64,000 nt of DNA from contig NC_134031.1 of NCBI RefSeq assembly GCF_964204645.1, positions 5,704,001-5,768,000 on the forward strand, given 5' to 3'. The stretch's first letter is position 1. Each line of letters opens with the position of its first letter. The stretch comes from Tubulanus polymorphus (lineage: Eukaryota; Animalia; Nemertea). The notes under the pieces are model-generated. The model was not told the DNA's origin. It made no database searches and saw only the letters and a program-made list of their open reading frames with translations. Made by a program: the position numbers and the translations under genes. Shown here one piece after another: positions 15,093 through 27,660 of the stretch.

Positions 15093-15930
15093 TTCGATCA
15101 TATTGTTGTTCGCCATCAGATTATTTATGGCGTGAAAATTATAGACTTTACATGCGGATTACATCATCGTATGGAAATATCGATTTTCCGTTCATCGGTT
15201 TCAAACTTGGACATGACATCAAATTTGGTTACATCTCTGGCCCATAGCCGTTGTAGGTAACGTCTATAGAAGTTGTTAAGAAACGTTTTATAGAGGTTAA
15301 GTTCGATATCATGTTTGAATCCCCTTGAATTCCAAACCGTTAAACTGCAGTTTAAGTAGTAATTCAGATAGTGGGTTTAATAGTGGGTTTTTATCTTATA
15401 AGTAATTCAGAAATCGCTTAAGATTTGTTGTCATTAAGTAACAAAGATAGCGTACATGCATGTATGTAAAAAATGGTCTCCAGACTCTGAAACGTCGTGT
15501 TTATTTATTTTCGAGTCTTGATAAATGAATGTTTAATCTGCTGAATTTGTAAATAGTTAGTTTTGATATCTCAATCCACATTAAATGATGGACTACGTTA
15601 TTTAAACCGGTCTAAATACGGTTCGTTCTAATTTGAACCGGAACGAGCGTTCACACTTCTATAAAGTTCGTTCAAAATTGGTCCGTTGCATTATAGACCG
15701 GTCCAATTCGGACCGACCTAAAATAACGAACCTTGTCCATGACCAAGCACCTCTCGGTGCGTTGATGACAGACCAGATGTACAAGACATAAGTCTATGGC
15801 GCATCAACACTACGTACGAAAACAAGGTCGAACCTGAAAGTAATCAGACGGATTACTGCGTTTTTACTGCATAGACGTGTTTCAAATCGCCGATGAGAAT
15901 TCTGAATCAAATGCAAGATTTTGAGTGCGA

Positions 15931-16443
15931 TTAATGTTTATTTTTTTTTGTTTCCGAACCATTTTCTATTTTTGACGATGAATCTCGCCTCAAGGTGACG
16001 CTGGGCGTTGAATTAAACGTGCTGTAATTTGATTCTCCCTCTCCGGTTCCGCCTCGTGACATTCCGCCCGTAAAATTCAGTGGCAGCAACAATAAACCGC
16101 TACAAATCAATAATAACAACCCTCTACGCGTAAATAACGATAGTTTTTGGCGCTGAAAGCTTGCGAGAATAGTCCTTCTATACCCATCGCCAAATGAGTA
16201 GAGGAGTTCAAAATACGTGCATACCAAATAAAAGGCAGCTTGCGAAATCAGATTCGATTGTGCAATCATTATGGTACACACTAAGAAAGGCGATTCGTTT
16301 AAAATGGGAACAGCTACAATCGTCCATGACGTCACAAGAAAGAAACGTAATTCCTCACGTAACCAATCCGGAAGTGGGTTCATTTCCCCTTCCTGTTGCT
16401 TGTTGGTTTTTCCTATTTTACTGATCTTGTTCAAACCGGGCAC
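15931..16443 (-). pseudogene. Internally deleted MATE transporter relic
   Basis: N-terminal MATE sequence (PLPDWLREELRFF...LLLLPLNFT) fused at about 16060-16072 to the C-terminal tail (GGTGEGESNYSTF); about 1 kb of TM core missing, plus small deletions near 16125 and 16188. Confidence 0.9.
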
Positions 16444-17883
16444 ACGAAATGCTGTAACACTGAATCAACGAGATTTATTGTCCTGACATTAACATAAAAC
16501 ACTTTCAAATGGTTTATTAAGATGTGAGCATTCACTAAAACGTGCTTAGTATTTGCAGATGCAAACAAACAAATTGTCTGCTTCAAACAAAGAAAAATTG
16601 TTTTTACGATCTCTCTCTCGCTCACTCGAAACTAGAATATAATATTTCTAAATATAAAGATTTCTGGTTTATTTTATACAATCATGATCTTCTTCTATCT
16701 ATTTACAGTATCTATATAAAAAGGCACTTTTCTCATATAGCGAACATCAAACACGCTATACGCGCTCTTTAAGTTCTTCTCTCCGTTTAGTATGTAAACG
16801 ACACCTTTTTCGGTAAATCGTGTTCCTCCCTCAGAAAACCGTTCGCTTTATATTATGCAAATACATGTCTAGTCGAAAATTTTTTTTCGAATATATATGC
16901 GTCATATTGATGACACACCTGATATTTCTGAATATGATATAATCTGATGATGATTAGCTATTGTCTAGCATATATGCGATATGTATATAAGTATAAATAT
17001 GCAGTAACATTAATCAGAGTCAGTTTATATCTAATCTTATTCTATTCATCGTTTTGCATGATTATGGATGCTAAAACCTATAATTCTGGTTCGTGTATGA
17101 ATGTGTTTAGAATCCTCTTACATTCCAAAAATTTGCATCGCAAATTGATACGTCACCATTATGTTTTAATCGTCTTTTTAAAACAAAACACTTAGTAACG
17201 GTCGAATGTTTGCAAATTTGGTGGGGATTCCGAGGTAAGGGGAAATAATCAATCAATCATGAATCACGAATCATCATTTTGGAGCGGCGAAAGAAATCAG
17301 TGAATATATGTCGATGATATTGATGATATGAAATGATATGATGAATCCATGTATGTGATGAATGTATACCAGTCGGGACAAAAGGGTGAATTGCATTGTG
17401 TAGTGGCAGTTACAGCTCTAGCACATAAAAGGAATGATTTAATGATGTTCTAACTTTCCAAACTTCGGTGAAAGATTCCTCAAACCCAAAATTTTATAAA
17501 AACAAGCTGCAGAATATCGTTGTATGTTGTTCTTTTATTTGTATCTCGCTCAAGAGTGTGGCGTGTGCGATAACCATCTCTTTACAGAAATCCCCTATAT
17601 CTAAAACTGCCGCGGCGCGTCCTAATCTAAATCCTATTGATTAACACTATTTTGGAAATATGCTTCTATTTGTTACGTCGATGTGCTGTTCTTGTGAACA
17701 TCAATTCCGGACATATCCCAAAAGGTGTTAAGTGTTTGTGCTAAGTTAGAGAGAATGCTGGAGTCAAAATCTGGCTTGAGCATTTTCTCAAGGTTGCAGA
17801 ATAGTTTTCCAAATCATAGTAAGTGCTAATTGCAATCCGGAGAAACCGAAGAGACGGAAGAATGAGTCAAAATTATTTTTGAT

Positions 17884-19368
17884 TTATTGTATGGTTTGTG
17901 GACCATTTTCTATTTTTGACGATGAATCTCGCCTCACGGTGGCGCTGGGCGTTGAATCAAACGTGCTGTAATCCGATTCTCCCTTTCCGGTTCCGCCTCG
18001 AATTGACTTCCGATCGTCTGTGGTTCTGTGACGCGCAAGTCTAGATTGTTCGTCCCAATCTAAAACAAATAGGGCGTACGGAACGAATATCAACGAATTT
18101 AAAACACATGAACTCTGGAATCCGATTATGACACTTATAGCACCTAACCGAGCAAAATACAATAGAATCAATCCTAACGATGTTCCTATTGTTAAATTCA
18201 CGAAACACGTTGTTGTTATTATGGATATTTTAGCGCATCCTCGAATTGCTGCATTAAACATCATGTCTACAGCAAATAAGGGCAAAGTTGCTCCAATGTA
18301 CAGAAGCATAACTTTCAGTTTGGCTTCGACCAAACTATTGCTAGCAAGTCGCAGAGCTAAAACAGCGTGAAGCGAACAAATCAATACACCGATAACTACA
18401 GCGACCATGATCGAAATACCCTGATAAAAGAACAAAGCTCGTTTGGCTGTACGACCGTCCCTGGATGATAACAGGAAACCAACTCTCATACAACACGCCT
18501 CCGATATGCCCCATAATATATTGTAGTTGAAGTAGATTACTTGCAACGAGACGCTCAACGCTACAAGTCCAATCACTCCAAAAGTGCCGGTCGAGAAAAC
18601 ACCGATTGTCAGAGCTGTCGTGATACACATTGTTGATACTGTAGACCCGAGAGCCATACTAGCGACCTCCCGTAGATTCTTAAATATGTCCATATTAGTT
18701 CTGTATATAGCGATAGTGTCTTTATTGGCCAGAGAAGATCCAATAGCCATGCAAACTGCATTGAGGACAAAAAATACGAGTAAAGAGATGGCCGCCCCTA
18801 GACTGGCCAAATGTAGTACAATAACCGTGACGTAACAGATTACCGCGGTGAAAACGCTGTTGAATATTGCTACAACAACGACCGGTTTAACAATATCCTG
18901 AGACATTAAAAAACGCGTAAAAATATCATTCGCGAGCACAAAAATGTTATCAGGTGACATCACCATCAGCATCCTTCCAGCTTCCTCAGCAACGGTTGCA
19001 TTTTGTCCGAAAAGTATGAATATTTTGTCGGCAGTGAAATTCAGTGGCAGCAACAATAAACCGCTACAAATCAGTATTAACAACCCTCTTTGTAACAACA
19101 AGCGTAAATAACGATAGTTTTTAGCGCCGAAAGCTTGCGAGAATAGTCCTTCTATACCCATCGACATACCCATGCCAAATGAGTAAAGAAGTCCAAAAAA
19201 CGTACTTAATAAAGAAAAGGCGGCTTGCGAAATCAGATTTGATTGTGCAATCATTATAGTGCACACTAAAAAAGGCGATTCGGTCAAAACGGGAACAACT
19301 ATAATCGGCCATGACGTCACAAGAAAGAAATGCAATTCCTCGCGTAACCAATCCGGAAGCGGTCTCAT
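17884..19368 (-). CDS. MATE (SLC47-like) multidrug/toxin efflux transporter, single coding exon
   Basis: 494-aa ORF from ATG 19368; EGLFSQAFGAKNY..L...LQRG, RFLMSQ, MRVG, AIRG, LDW motifs; about 12 TM segments; tttcag acceptor near 19463 suggests a 5' UTR intron. Confidence 0.92.
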   Translation of the reverse strand: MRPLPDWLREELHFFLVTSWPIIVVPVLTESPFLVCTIMIAQSNLISQAAFSLLSTFFGLLYSFGMGMSMGIEGLFSQAFGAKNYRYLRLLLQRGLLILICSGLLLLPLNFTADKIFILFGQNATVAEEAGRMLMVMSPDNIFVLANDIFTRFLMSQDIVKPVVVVAIFNSVFTAVICYVTVIVLHLASLGAAISLLVFFVLNAVCMAIGSSLANKDTIAIYRTNMDIFKNLREVASMALGSTVSTMCITTALTIGVFSTGTFGVIGLVALSVSLQVIYFNYNILWGISEACCMRVGFLLSSRDGRTAKRALFFYQGISIMVAVVIGVLICSLHAVLALRLASNSLVEAKLKVMLLYIGATLPLFAVDMMFNAAIRGCAKISIITTTCFVNLTIGTSLGLILLYFARLGAISVIIGFQSSCVLNSLIFVPYALFVLDWDEQSRLARHRTTDDRKSIRGGTGKGESDYSTFDSTPSATVRRDSSSKIENGPQTIQ

Positions 19369-21131
19369 TTCTCCTTCCCGTTGCTTGTTGATCTTTCTTA
19401 TGTCAATGATCTTGTTAGAATTGAGCACACTTCCGCCTCATGAATCTTCAAGACTAATCGTCCTGAAATGAGCATAACATACTTTCAAATGGTTTACTAA
19501 GATGTGAGTATTCACTTAAACCATTTTAATATTTGCAGATGCAAACACACAAACCGTGTCCTTCAAACAAAGAAAAACTGGTTTTGTGATCATTTCTAAG
19601 GATTTCAGAACAAAAATGACAGTTTTGGAAGACATGCAGGCAATTTGGCTTAAAAAAAGCGTGTCCAAAAAATCGAAAACCTCATTGGACTGAACATTTG
19701 ATTTGATTATTGTAAAAATTATTTTAGAATATAAAGATTTTATGGTTTACCTTACGATCAAGATCTCACTATTTAGAAAAGGCAGGTTTCTCGTATATCG
19801 AACGTCACACACGCCCAGCGCTCAAAAGCCTGGCTTTTGTCGACAAGCGACGCGACGCCTACCGACTCCTACCGACGCAACTGAGAACATACTGTACCTT
19901 GATATTTCTTCTCGCCATTTGGAATGTAAACGGTACCTTTTCGACGAATCATAGTCCTCCCTCTGAAAACCGTTTCGCTATTCGATAACACTGAACTATC
20001 GCTTTCGTTTGAACTTATTCCGTTATGAATTGCCCTATGCGGACAGTGAAAATCAATTTTGAATGTAGATTACGCCTACTGTGTAAATATTAAGTCGAAA
20101 AAACTTTTGGACTCTATAAGCGTCATATTGATGACACACCTGCTATTTCTGAACGTAATATCATCTGATGATTATCAGCTATTGTCAAGTGCGATATGTA
20201 TGTAATATATATTTGTAGTAACAGTAATAAGAGTCAGTTCGTAGTTTTTATCTAGTTTTATTTCACTCATCGTTTTACATGATTACGGATTCTAAAACCT
20301 ATTATTCTGGTTCGTGTATGAATGCGTTTAAAATCCTCTTACATTTCAATACTCTGCATGGCAAATTGATATGTCACATCGTGTTTAATCTTATTTTTAA
20401 CAAGTACAACACATACGTAACACAAAGAAACAGTCGACTGTTATCAAATTTGGCGGGGGGATTCCGAGGTGGGGAAAGATTCAATCAACCATGAATCATG
20501 AATCATAGTCTTGGACCAGTGAAAGAAATCAGTGATTTTATGATTTTATTAGGTATATGATATTGATGATATGAAATGATGAATCCTCGACTGCGATGAA
20601 TGTATACCTGTAGTAAGTCGACGTCATCGGTACGAAATAGTGAATTGCACTGTGTATAGAGGCAGCTACGACTCTACACATAAAAGGAATAATCATGATG
20701 TTTTCACTTATTAAACTTCGGCGAAAGAATCCTCAATGCCGAAATGATGTTAACACAGGCTGCAGAATATATATCATTAAATGTTGTTCTTATATTTGTC
20801 TATAGCTCGGAGCGTGGCGTGTTCAATTCTCATCTCTTTACAAAAATTCCCTAAATCTATACATCTATGGTGTGCCTAACTTCCATTGTTTATTTCTACT
20901 TCGAAAATATATTCCTATATGAAGGTCGATGTGCTGCTCCTGTGAACATATCCCAAAAGGGCTTAAGAGTGTGTGCCAAGTTAGATAGAATTCTAGAGAC
21001 AGTCTGAATCTGGCTTGAGCATTATCTCAAGGTTGGAGATTAGTTTTCTCAATCGTAGTTAGTGCTAATTGCAATCCAAAGAAACTGAAGAAAATGGAAG
21101 AATGATTAAATTCGGTTAGGCTATTTTTGAT

Positions 21132-22616
21132 TTATTGTATGGTTTCTAAACCTTTTTCTATTTTTGACGATGAATCTCGCCTTACGGCGGCGCTGGGCAT
21201 TGAATCAAATGTGCTGTAATCCGATTCTCCCTTTCCGGTTCCGCCTCGAATTGACTTCCGATCGTCTGTGGTTCTGTGACGCGCTAGTTTAGATTGTTCG
21301 TCCCAATCTAAAACAAATAGGGCGTACGGAACGAATATCAACGAATTTAAAACACATGAACTCTGGAATCCTATTATCACACTTATAGCACCTAACCGAG
21401 CAAAATACAATAGAATCAATCCTAACGATGTTCCTATTATTAAATTCACGAAACACGTTGCTGTAATTATGGCTATTTTAGCGCATCCTCGAATTGCTGC
21501 ATTAAACATCATGTCTACAGCAAATAAGGGCAAAGTTGCTCCAATGTACAGTAATATATATTTCAGTTTGGCTTCGACTAAACTATCAGTTGCAAGTCGC
21601 AGAGCTAAAACAGCGTGAAGCGAACAAATCAATACACCGAGAACTACAGCGACCATGATCGAAATACCTAGATAAAAAAACAAAGCTCGTTTGGCCGTAC
21701 GACCGTCCCTGGATGATAACAGGAAACCAACTCTCATACAACACGCTTCCGATATGCCCCAAAATATATTGTAGTTGAAATATATTACTTGCAACGAGAC
21801 GCTCAATGCTACAAGTTCAATCACTCCAAAAGTACCGGTCGAGAAAACACCGATTGTCAGAGCAGTCGTGATACACATTGCTGATGCTGTTGACCCGAGA
21901 GCCATACTAGCGACCTCCCATAGATTCTTAAATATGTCCATATTAGTTCTGTATATAGCGATAGTGTCTTTATTGGCCAGAGAAGATCCAATAGCCATGC
22001 AAACTGCATTGAGGACAAAGAATACGAGTAAAGAGATGGCCACCCCGAGACTGGCCAAACGTAGTACAACAACCATGACGTAACAGATTACTGCAGTGAT
22101 AACGCTGTTGAATATCGTTACAATAATGACCAGTTTAACAATATCCTGAGACATTAAAAAACGCGTAAAAATATCATTCGCGAGCACAAAAATGTTATCA
22201 GGTGACATCACCATCAGTATCCTTCCGGCTTCCTCAGCAACGGTTGCATTTTGTCCGAAAAGTATAAATATTTTGTCGGCTGTGAAATTCAGTGGCAGCA
22301 ACAATAAACCGCTACAAATCAGTAATAACAACCCTCTTTGTAACAACAAGCGTAAATAACGATAGTTTTTAGCGCCGAAAGCTTGCGAGAATAGTCCTTC
22401 TATACCCATCGACATACCCATGCCAAATGAGTATAGGAGTCCAAAATACGTGCATACCAAAGAAAAGGCGGCTTGCGAAATCAGATTGGATTGTGCAATC
22501 ATTATGGTACACACTAAGAAAGGCGATTCGTTTAAAACGGGAACAACTACAATCGGCCATGACGTCACAAAAAAGAAACGTAATTCCTCACGTAACCAAA
22601 CCGGAAGTGGTTTCAT
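21132..22616 (-). CDS. MATE transporter paralogue, single coding exon
   Basis: 494-aa ORF colinear and highly similar to 17884-19368. Confidence 0.92.
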   Translation of the reverse strand: MKPLPVWLREELRFFFVTSWPIVVVPVLNESPFLVCTIMIAQSNLISQAAFSLVCTYFGLLYSFGMGMSMGIEGLFSQAFGAKNYRYLRLLLQRGLLLLICSGLLLLPLNFTADKIFILFGQNATVAEEAGRILMVMSPDNIFVLANDIFTRFLMSQDIVKLVIIVTIFNSVITAVICYVMVVVLRLASLGVAISLLVFFVLNAVCMAIGSSLANKDTIAIYRTNMDIFKNLWEVASMALGSTASAMCITTALTIGVFSTGTFGVIELVALSVSLQVIYFNYNIFWGISEACCMRVGFLLSSRDGRTAKRALFFYLGISIMVAVVLGVLICSLHAVLALRLATDSLVEAKLKYILLYIGATLPLFAVDMMFNAAIRGCAKIAIITATCFVNLIIGTSLGLILLYFARLGAISVIIGFQSSCVLNSLIFVPYALFVLDWDEQSKLARHRTTDDRKSIRGGTGKGESDYSTFDSMPSAAVRRDSSSKIEKGLETIQ

Positions 22617-24198
22617 TTCTCCCTCCAGTAGCTCTGTCGCTTGTTTTACCGATTTTGTTCAAACCGAGCACACGAAATTCTGTTTCACTTCTGCCTCATG
22701 ATCAACAAGATTCATTGTCCTGAAATGAACATTACACACTTTCCAATTACTTATCAAGGTGAGAGTGTTCACTTTACGTGTCCTCCAAAGACAGAAAACC
22801 TTGTTTTTATTATTCTCTCTGACACTCGATACGAGCTTTATTTTCAATTATTGTATCTTATCATTTCTAAGGATTTCAGGACAAAAAAATACAGTTTTGG
22901 AAGACATGCAGGAAACTTGACTCAAAAAGTGTCTCCAAAAAATAGAAAACCTCATTGAACTGAACATATGAATTGATTATCATAAAAGATATAGTAGAAT
23001 ATAAAGATTTGCGATTTAGCTTATAATCAAAATATAACTATTTAGAATATATATAAAAGACACTTTTCTCGTATATCGAACGTCACACACGCCCAGCGCT
23101 CGAAAGCCTGACTTATGTCGACAAGCAACGCGACGCCTACCGACTCCTACCGACGCAACTGATAACAGTCATACGTTACCTTGGTAGATCTGCTTGCCAT
23201 TTAGGATGTAAACGGCACCTTTTCGTCGAGTCGTGGTCCTCCCTCAGAAAACCGTTTCACTATTTTGATAACACTGAACTATCACTTTCGGTCTAAGTGT
23301 ACATATTGGCGCCTAATAATACGTAAATGTCTAGTCGAAAAACATTTTCGACTATACCAGCGTCATATTGTGATAACACACCTAATACTTCTGAATGTAA
23401 TATTCAATCCGATGATAATCAGCTATTGTCATATATTTATATATGTACGTAGTTACAGTAATAAGAGTCAGTCAGTTTATATCTAATCTTAATTTATTCA
23501 TCGTTTTACACGATGATGAATTCTGAAACCTATTATTATGGTTCGTGTATGAATGCGTATAGAATCCTCAACGTTTCTATGCGGTGAGGGGAATTATTCA
23601 ATTGAATCTATCATGAATCGTGAATTATCATTTTGAACCGTTGAAAAGAAATCAGTGATTATTTGTATATGATATTGATGATATGATGAATACAGCACGT
23701 ATCGGAAGAAATGAATACCTCCAGTAAGTCGACGTATTTCCTTACTTGACTAAAAGAATCCTAAATCCCAAAATGATATTAACACAGCAGCAGATATATA
23801 GTTATATGTTGTTCTTTTATTTGTATCTCGCTCAAGAGTGTGGCATGCGCAATTCTTATCTGTTTACAAAATTACCCTATTATCTAAAACTCCCGCGACG
23901 CGTCCTAATCTGAATCCAATCGGTTAAATCTAATTCGAAAGTATGTTTCTATTTGTTGGGTCAATATTTTGCTCCTGCGAACATCATATGATTCTAGACA
24001 TAGCCCAAACGGTGTTAAGAGTAACGGTGTTAAGAGTTTGTGCCAATTTAGTTAGATAGAATTCTAGAGACAGCCTGAATCTGGCTTGAGCATTATCTCA
24101 AGGTTGGAGAATAGTTTTCCAAATGATAGTTTGTGCGAATTGCGATCCGAAGAATTGGAGGCGGATGAATGAAAAATGAAGTCAAAATTATTTTTGAT

Positions 24199-25686
24199 TT
24201 ATTGTATGGTTTCTGAGCCATTTACTATTTTTGATGATGAATCTCGCCTCACGGCGGCGCTGGGCGTTGAATCAAACGTGCTGTAATCCGATTCTCCTTT
24301 TCCGGTTCCGCCTTGAATTAACTTCACATCATGTGTAGTTCTGTGACGCGCTAGTTTAGCTTGTTCGTCCCAATCTAAAACAAATAGGGCGTACGGAACG
24401 AATATCAACGAATTTAAAACGCACGAACTCTGGTATCCGATTATCACACTCATAGCACCTAAGCGTGTAACGTATAGTAGAATCAGACCTAACGATGTTC
24501 CTAGTAGTAAGGTCACTAAACACGTTGTTGTAATTATGGCTATTTTAGCGCATCCTCGAATTGCCCCATTAAATATAACATCCACAGCAAAAAGGGGCAT
24601 AGTTGCTCCAATGTACAGAAATATAAATTTCAGTTTGGCTTCGACCAAACTATCAGTGGCAAGACGCAGAGCTAAAACAGCGTGAAGCGAACAAATCAAT
24701 ACACCGAGAACTACGGCGACCATCATCGAAATACTTTGATAAAAGAACAAAGCTCTTTTGGCTGCCTGACCGTCCCTGGATGATAACAAGAAACCAACTC
24801 TCATACTACACACTTCCGCTATGCCCCATAATATATTGAGGTTAAAATATATTACTTGCAACGAGACGCTCAATGCTACAAGTTCAACCGCTCCAAACGT
24901 ACCGGTCAAGAAGATACCGATTGTCAGAGCTGTCGTGATACACATAACTGATACTGTTGACCCGAAGGCCATACAAGCGACCTCCCATAGATTCTTAAAT
25001 ATGTCCATATTAGTTCTGTATATAGCGATAGTGTCTTTATTGGCCAGAGAAGATCCAATAGCCATGCAAACTGTATTGATGCAAAAAAATACGAGTAAAG
25101 AGATGGCCGCACCTAGACTGGCCAAACGTAGTACAACAACCATGACGTAACAGATTACCGCGGTGATAACGTTATTCAAAATTGCTACAACAACGACCGG
25201 TATAACAATATCCTGTGCCATCAAAAAACGCGAAAAAAGAGCATTTGCGAGCACAAAAATGTTATCGGGTGACATCACCATCAGCATCCGTCCAGCCTCC
25301 TCAGCAACGGTGGCATTTTGTCCGAAAAGCACGAATATTTTGTCGGCTGTGAAATTCAGTGGCAGCAACAATAAACCGCTACAAATCAGTATTAACAATC
25401 CTCTCTGCAACAACAAGCGTAAATAACCATAGTTTTTGGCGCCGAAAGCTTGCGAGAATAGTCCTTCTATACCCATCGACATACCCATACCAAATGAGAA
25501 GAGTAGTCCAAAAAGCGTGTCTATAAGAGAAAAGGCGGCTTGCGAAATCAGATTCGATTGTGCGACCATTATAGTACACGTTAGAAGAGGCAAATCGGCT
25601 AAAACAAGAACAGTAAGAACCGGCCATGACGTCCCGAAGAAGAAATGTAATTCCTCTCGTAACCAATCTGGAAGTGCTTTCATCAT
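24199..25686 (-). CDS. MATE transporter paralogue, single coding exon (most divergent of the three)
   Basis: 495-aa ORF colinear with the other two copies. Confidence 0.92.
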   Translation of the reverse strand: MMKALPDWLREELHFFFGTSWPVLTVLVLADLPLLTCTIMVAQSNLISQAAFSLIDTLFGLLFSFGMGMSMGIEGLFSQAFGAKNYGYLRLLLQRGLLILICSGLLLLPLNFTADKIFVLFGQNATVAEEAGRMLMVMSPDNIFVLANALFSRFLMAQDIVIPVVVVAILNNVITAVICYVMVVVLRLASLGAAISLLVFFCINTVCMAIGSSLANKDTIAIYRTNMDIFKNLWEVACMAFGSTVSVMCITTALTIGIFLTGTFGAVELVALSVSLQVIYFNLNILWGIAEVCSMRVGFLLSSRDGQAAKRALFFYQSISMMVAVVLGVLICSLHAVLALRLATDSLVEAKLKFIFLYIGATMPLFAVDVIFNGAIRGCAKIAIITTTCLVTLLLGTSLGLILLYVTRLGAMSVIIGYQSSCVLNSLIFVPYALFVLDWDEQAKLARHRTTHDVKLIQGGTGKGESDYSTFDSTPSAAVRRDSSSKIVNGSETIQ

Positions 25687-25969
25687 CGTCTTATGCTCTT
25701 TTTTCTCCTCAATAACCGATGTTTCTTCAAGTATGTCCGTGTTTTGTTTATTTCAGAGATAGATTATCAGTTCAACCATGGACCCTGAAACTATTTGGAG
25801 TCAGTAGTTTTAATTTCGAGTACTGCTCGACGTCGTGTTCGCGCTCCGAATGTATATTGAATATATACAGAATGTATACACGCATTTCATTGGTCATAAT
25901 CGTTTAATGCGCCAGACAGCTCAAGGATAAAAATGGAATCCATATAAATCCTGACATCATCCATATTCA

Positions 25970-26345
25970 TCCCAAACTAAAATGAATTGGGCGTATGGAA
26001 CGAATATCAACGAATTTAAAACACATGAAATCTGTAATCCTAATTATTACACTCAAAGCGCCTAACCGAGAAAATTCGGTACAGTAAGGTTAATTTCAGT
26101 TTGGCTTCGATCACCATCAGCATCAGCATTCTTCCAGCCACTTCAAAACGGTTGCATTTTCTCCGAAAAGAATAAACATTTTGTCAGCAATGAAATTCTT
26201 CGGTGGCAACAATAAACCGTTTCAAATCAGTATTAAAAACCCTGTCGTAACAACAAGCGTTAATAACGATAGTTTTTGGCGCCGAAAGCTTGCGAGAATA
26301 GTCCTTTTATACCGATCGACATTTTATCCATCCTAAATGAGTACA
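25970..26345 (-). pseudogene. Fragmented MATE relic (multiple deletions)
   Basis: Patches matching MATE DNA in order: ggaacgaatatcaacgaatttaaaacacatgaa; tttcagtttggcttcga; ataacgatagtttttggcgccgaaagcttgcgagaatagtcc; no open frame. Confidence 0.85.
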
Positions 26346-27660
26346 CCAACCTTTTTTCGTCCGTCATGCAATATGTTTCATAAGATGCGCAACCTTTGAA
26401 AAATCAATGGGGTACCCGCAGTGCTACTGTGGCAATCGAGGATTCCACTTATGGCAGTCGAGGATCCGCCAGGTTCGCTAGTAGATAGTTGGTCGTCCGC
26501 GTTCTTTTTCATTCTACATTTCATTTAAATCTGAATGAACATTTCTCTTAAATGAATCAATGAAGACTATACCCATATCTGATCAGAAGAATGTAAGTAT
26601 TTCATATTTGATGAGTCCTGTGGTAGTATATGGATTCAGGAGTCTAAAAATCCAGTTCATAGTCAATTTAAAATGAACTAATGTTGACAACGACAACGAA
26701 CAACCAACTGCTCGTCACGCCACCTGACGGAATAGCTGGTTTTGCGGGTACCCCAGTAGGGTGGTAATATCTATAAGTACTAAAAATAAGAATTAATTGG
26801 GTAACCCATAAATGTACGCTCCAGCGCACACGAGTACATTTTTTAACTGATCCCTCAGATGCCTCATACTGTGTCTCATTTCTGTCTCTAGTTTCTTTTT
26901 TATCTTGAATATTTAATTATTAGGCCTAATATCGGGTAACTCAAAAAGCTCTGATTGGATAGGATTGGTAGCAATCATTAGGAGTCATTTCTATTTGACG
27001 CCGTAAAAACAGTTATGATAATACTTACATACATTGAAAACTGAATTTGAATAATAGCTTTGCTAGATAAATTATCTTTATTTTACTTTAGTTAATGAAA
27101 CGCCATTCTCTGCGTTACTGTATTTGTGTGCCTTGATCCTTGTGTGGGAAAACTGATACTGTTTGATTCGACCTACGAGCAGTTATCTGAACAATTGCTC
27201 GTAGATTCGACAAATAGTCGTTATTCTGAGGTCGTGCGTCTAAACCGGCTATTATCCGGTTGACTGACCTCTAATCTTGTGAGAACATATCTCAGACGTT
27301 GTACATGTACATTCCCTTTGCTATCTGATTGATCTTCGTACTACCACGTATACGTCTTATCAACATTCATTGTTAGCTCGGATTTTGTGTACCTTAAAAA
27401 AGATATCCGTTTACACCTCAGAATTGTTGTACATTTTCAAAAGCATTATAAAAATGATATATGAGAATGTTTTATGATTACTGAATATGTTCATGATAAT
27501 ATATAATATATACATAATAGACAATATAAAATATATGAATAAAATGAAATCAAAGTGAATAGAAATCTTTAACATCGAATTCATTTCTATTGATTCAAAT
27601 TCATAAATCATCTATCATCGTTGGTTATTACTGAATTATACTTGTAACTAGAAATAACTT

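Noticed and set aside
18128-25762. Plus-strand ORFs recurring within MATE genes
   Set aside because: Antisense shadows repeated only because the MATE genes are duplicated.
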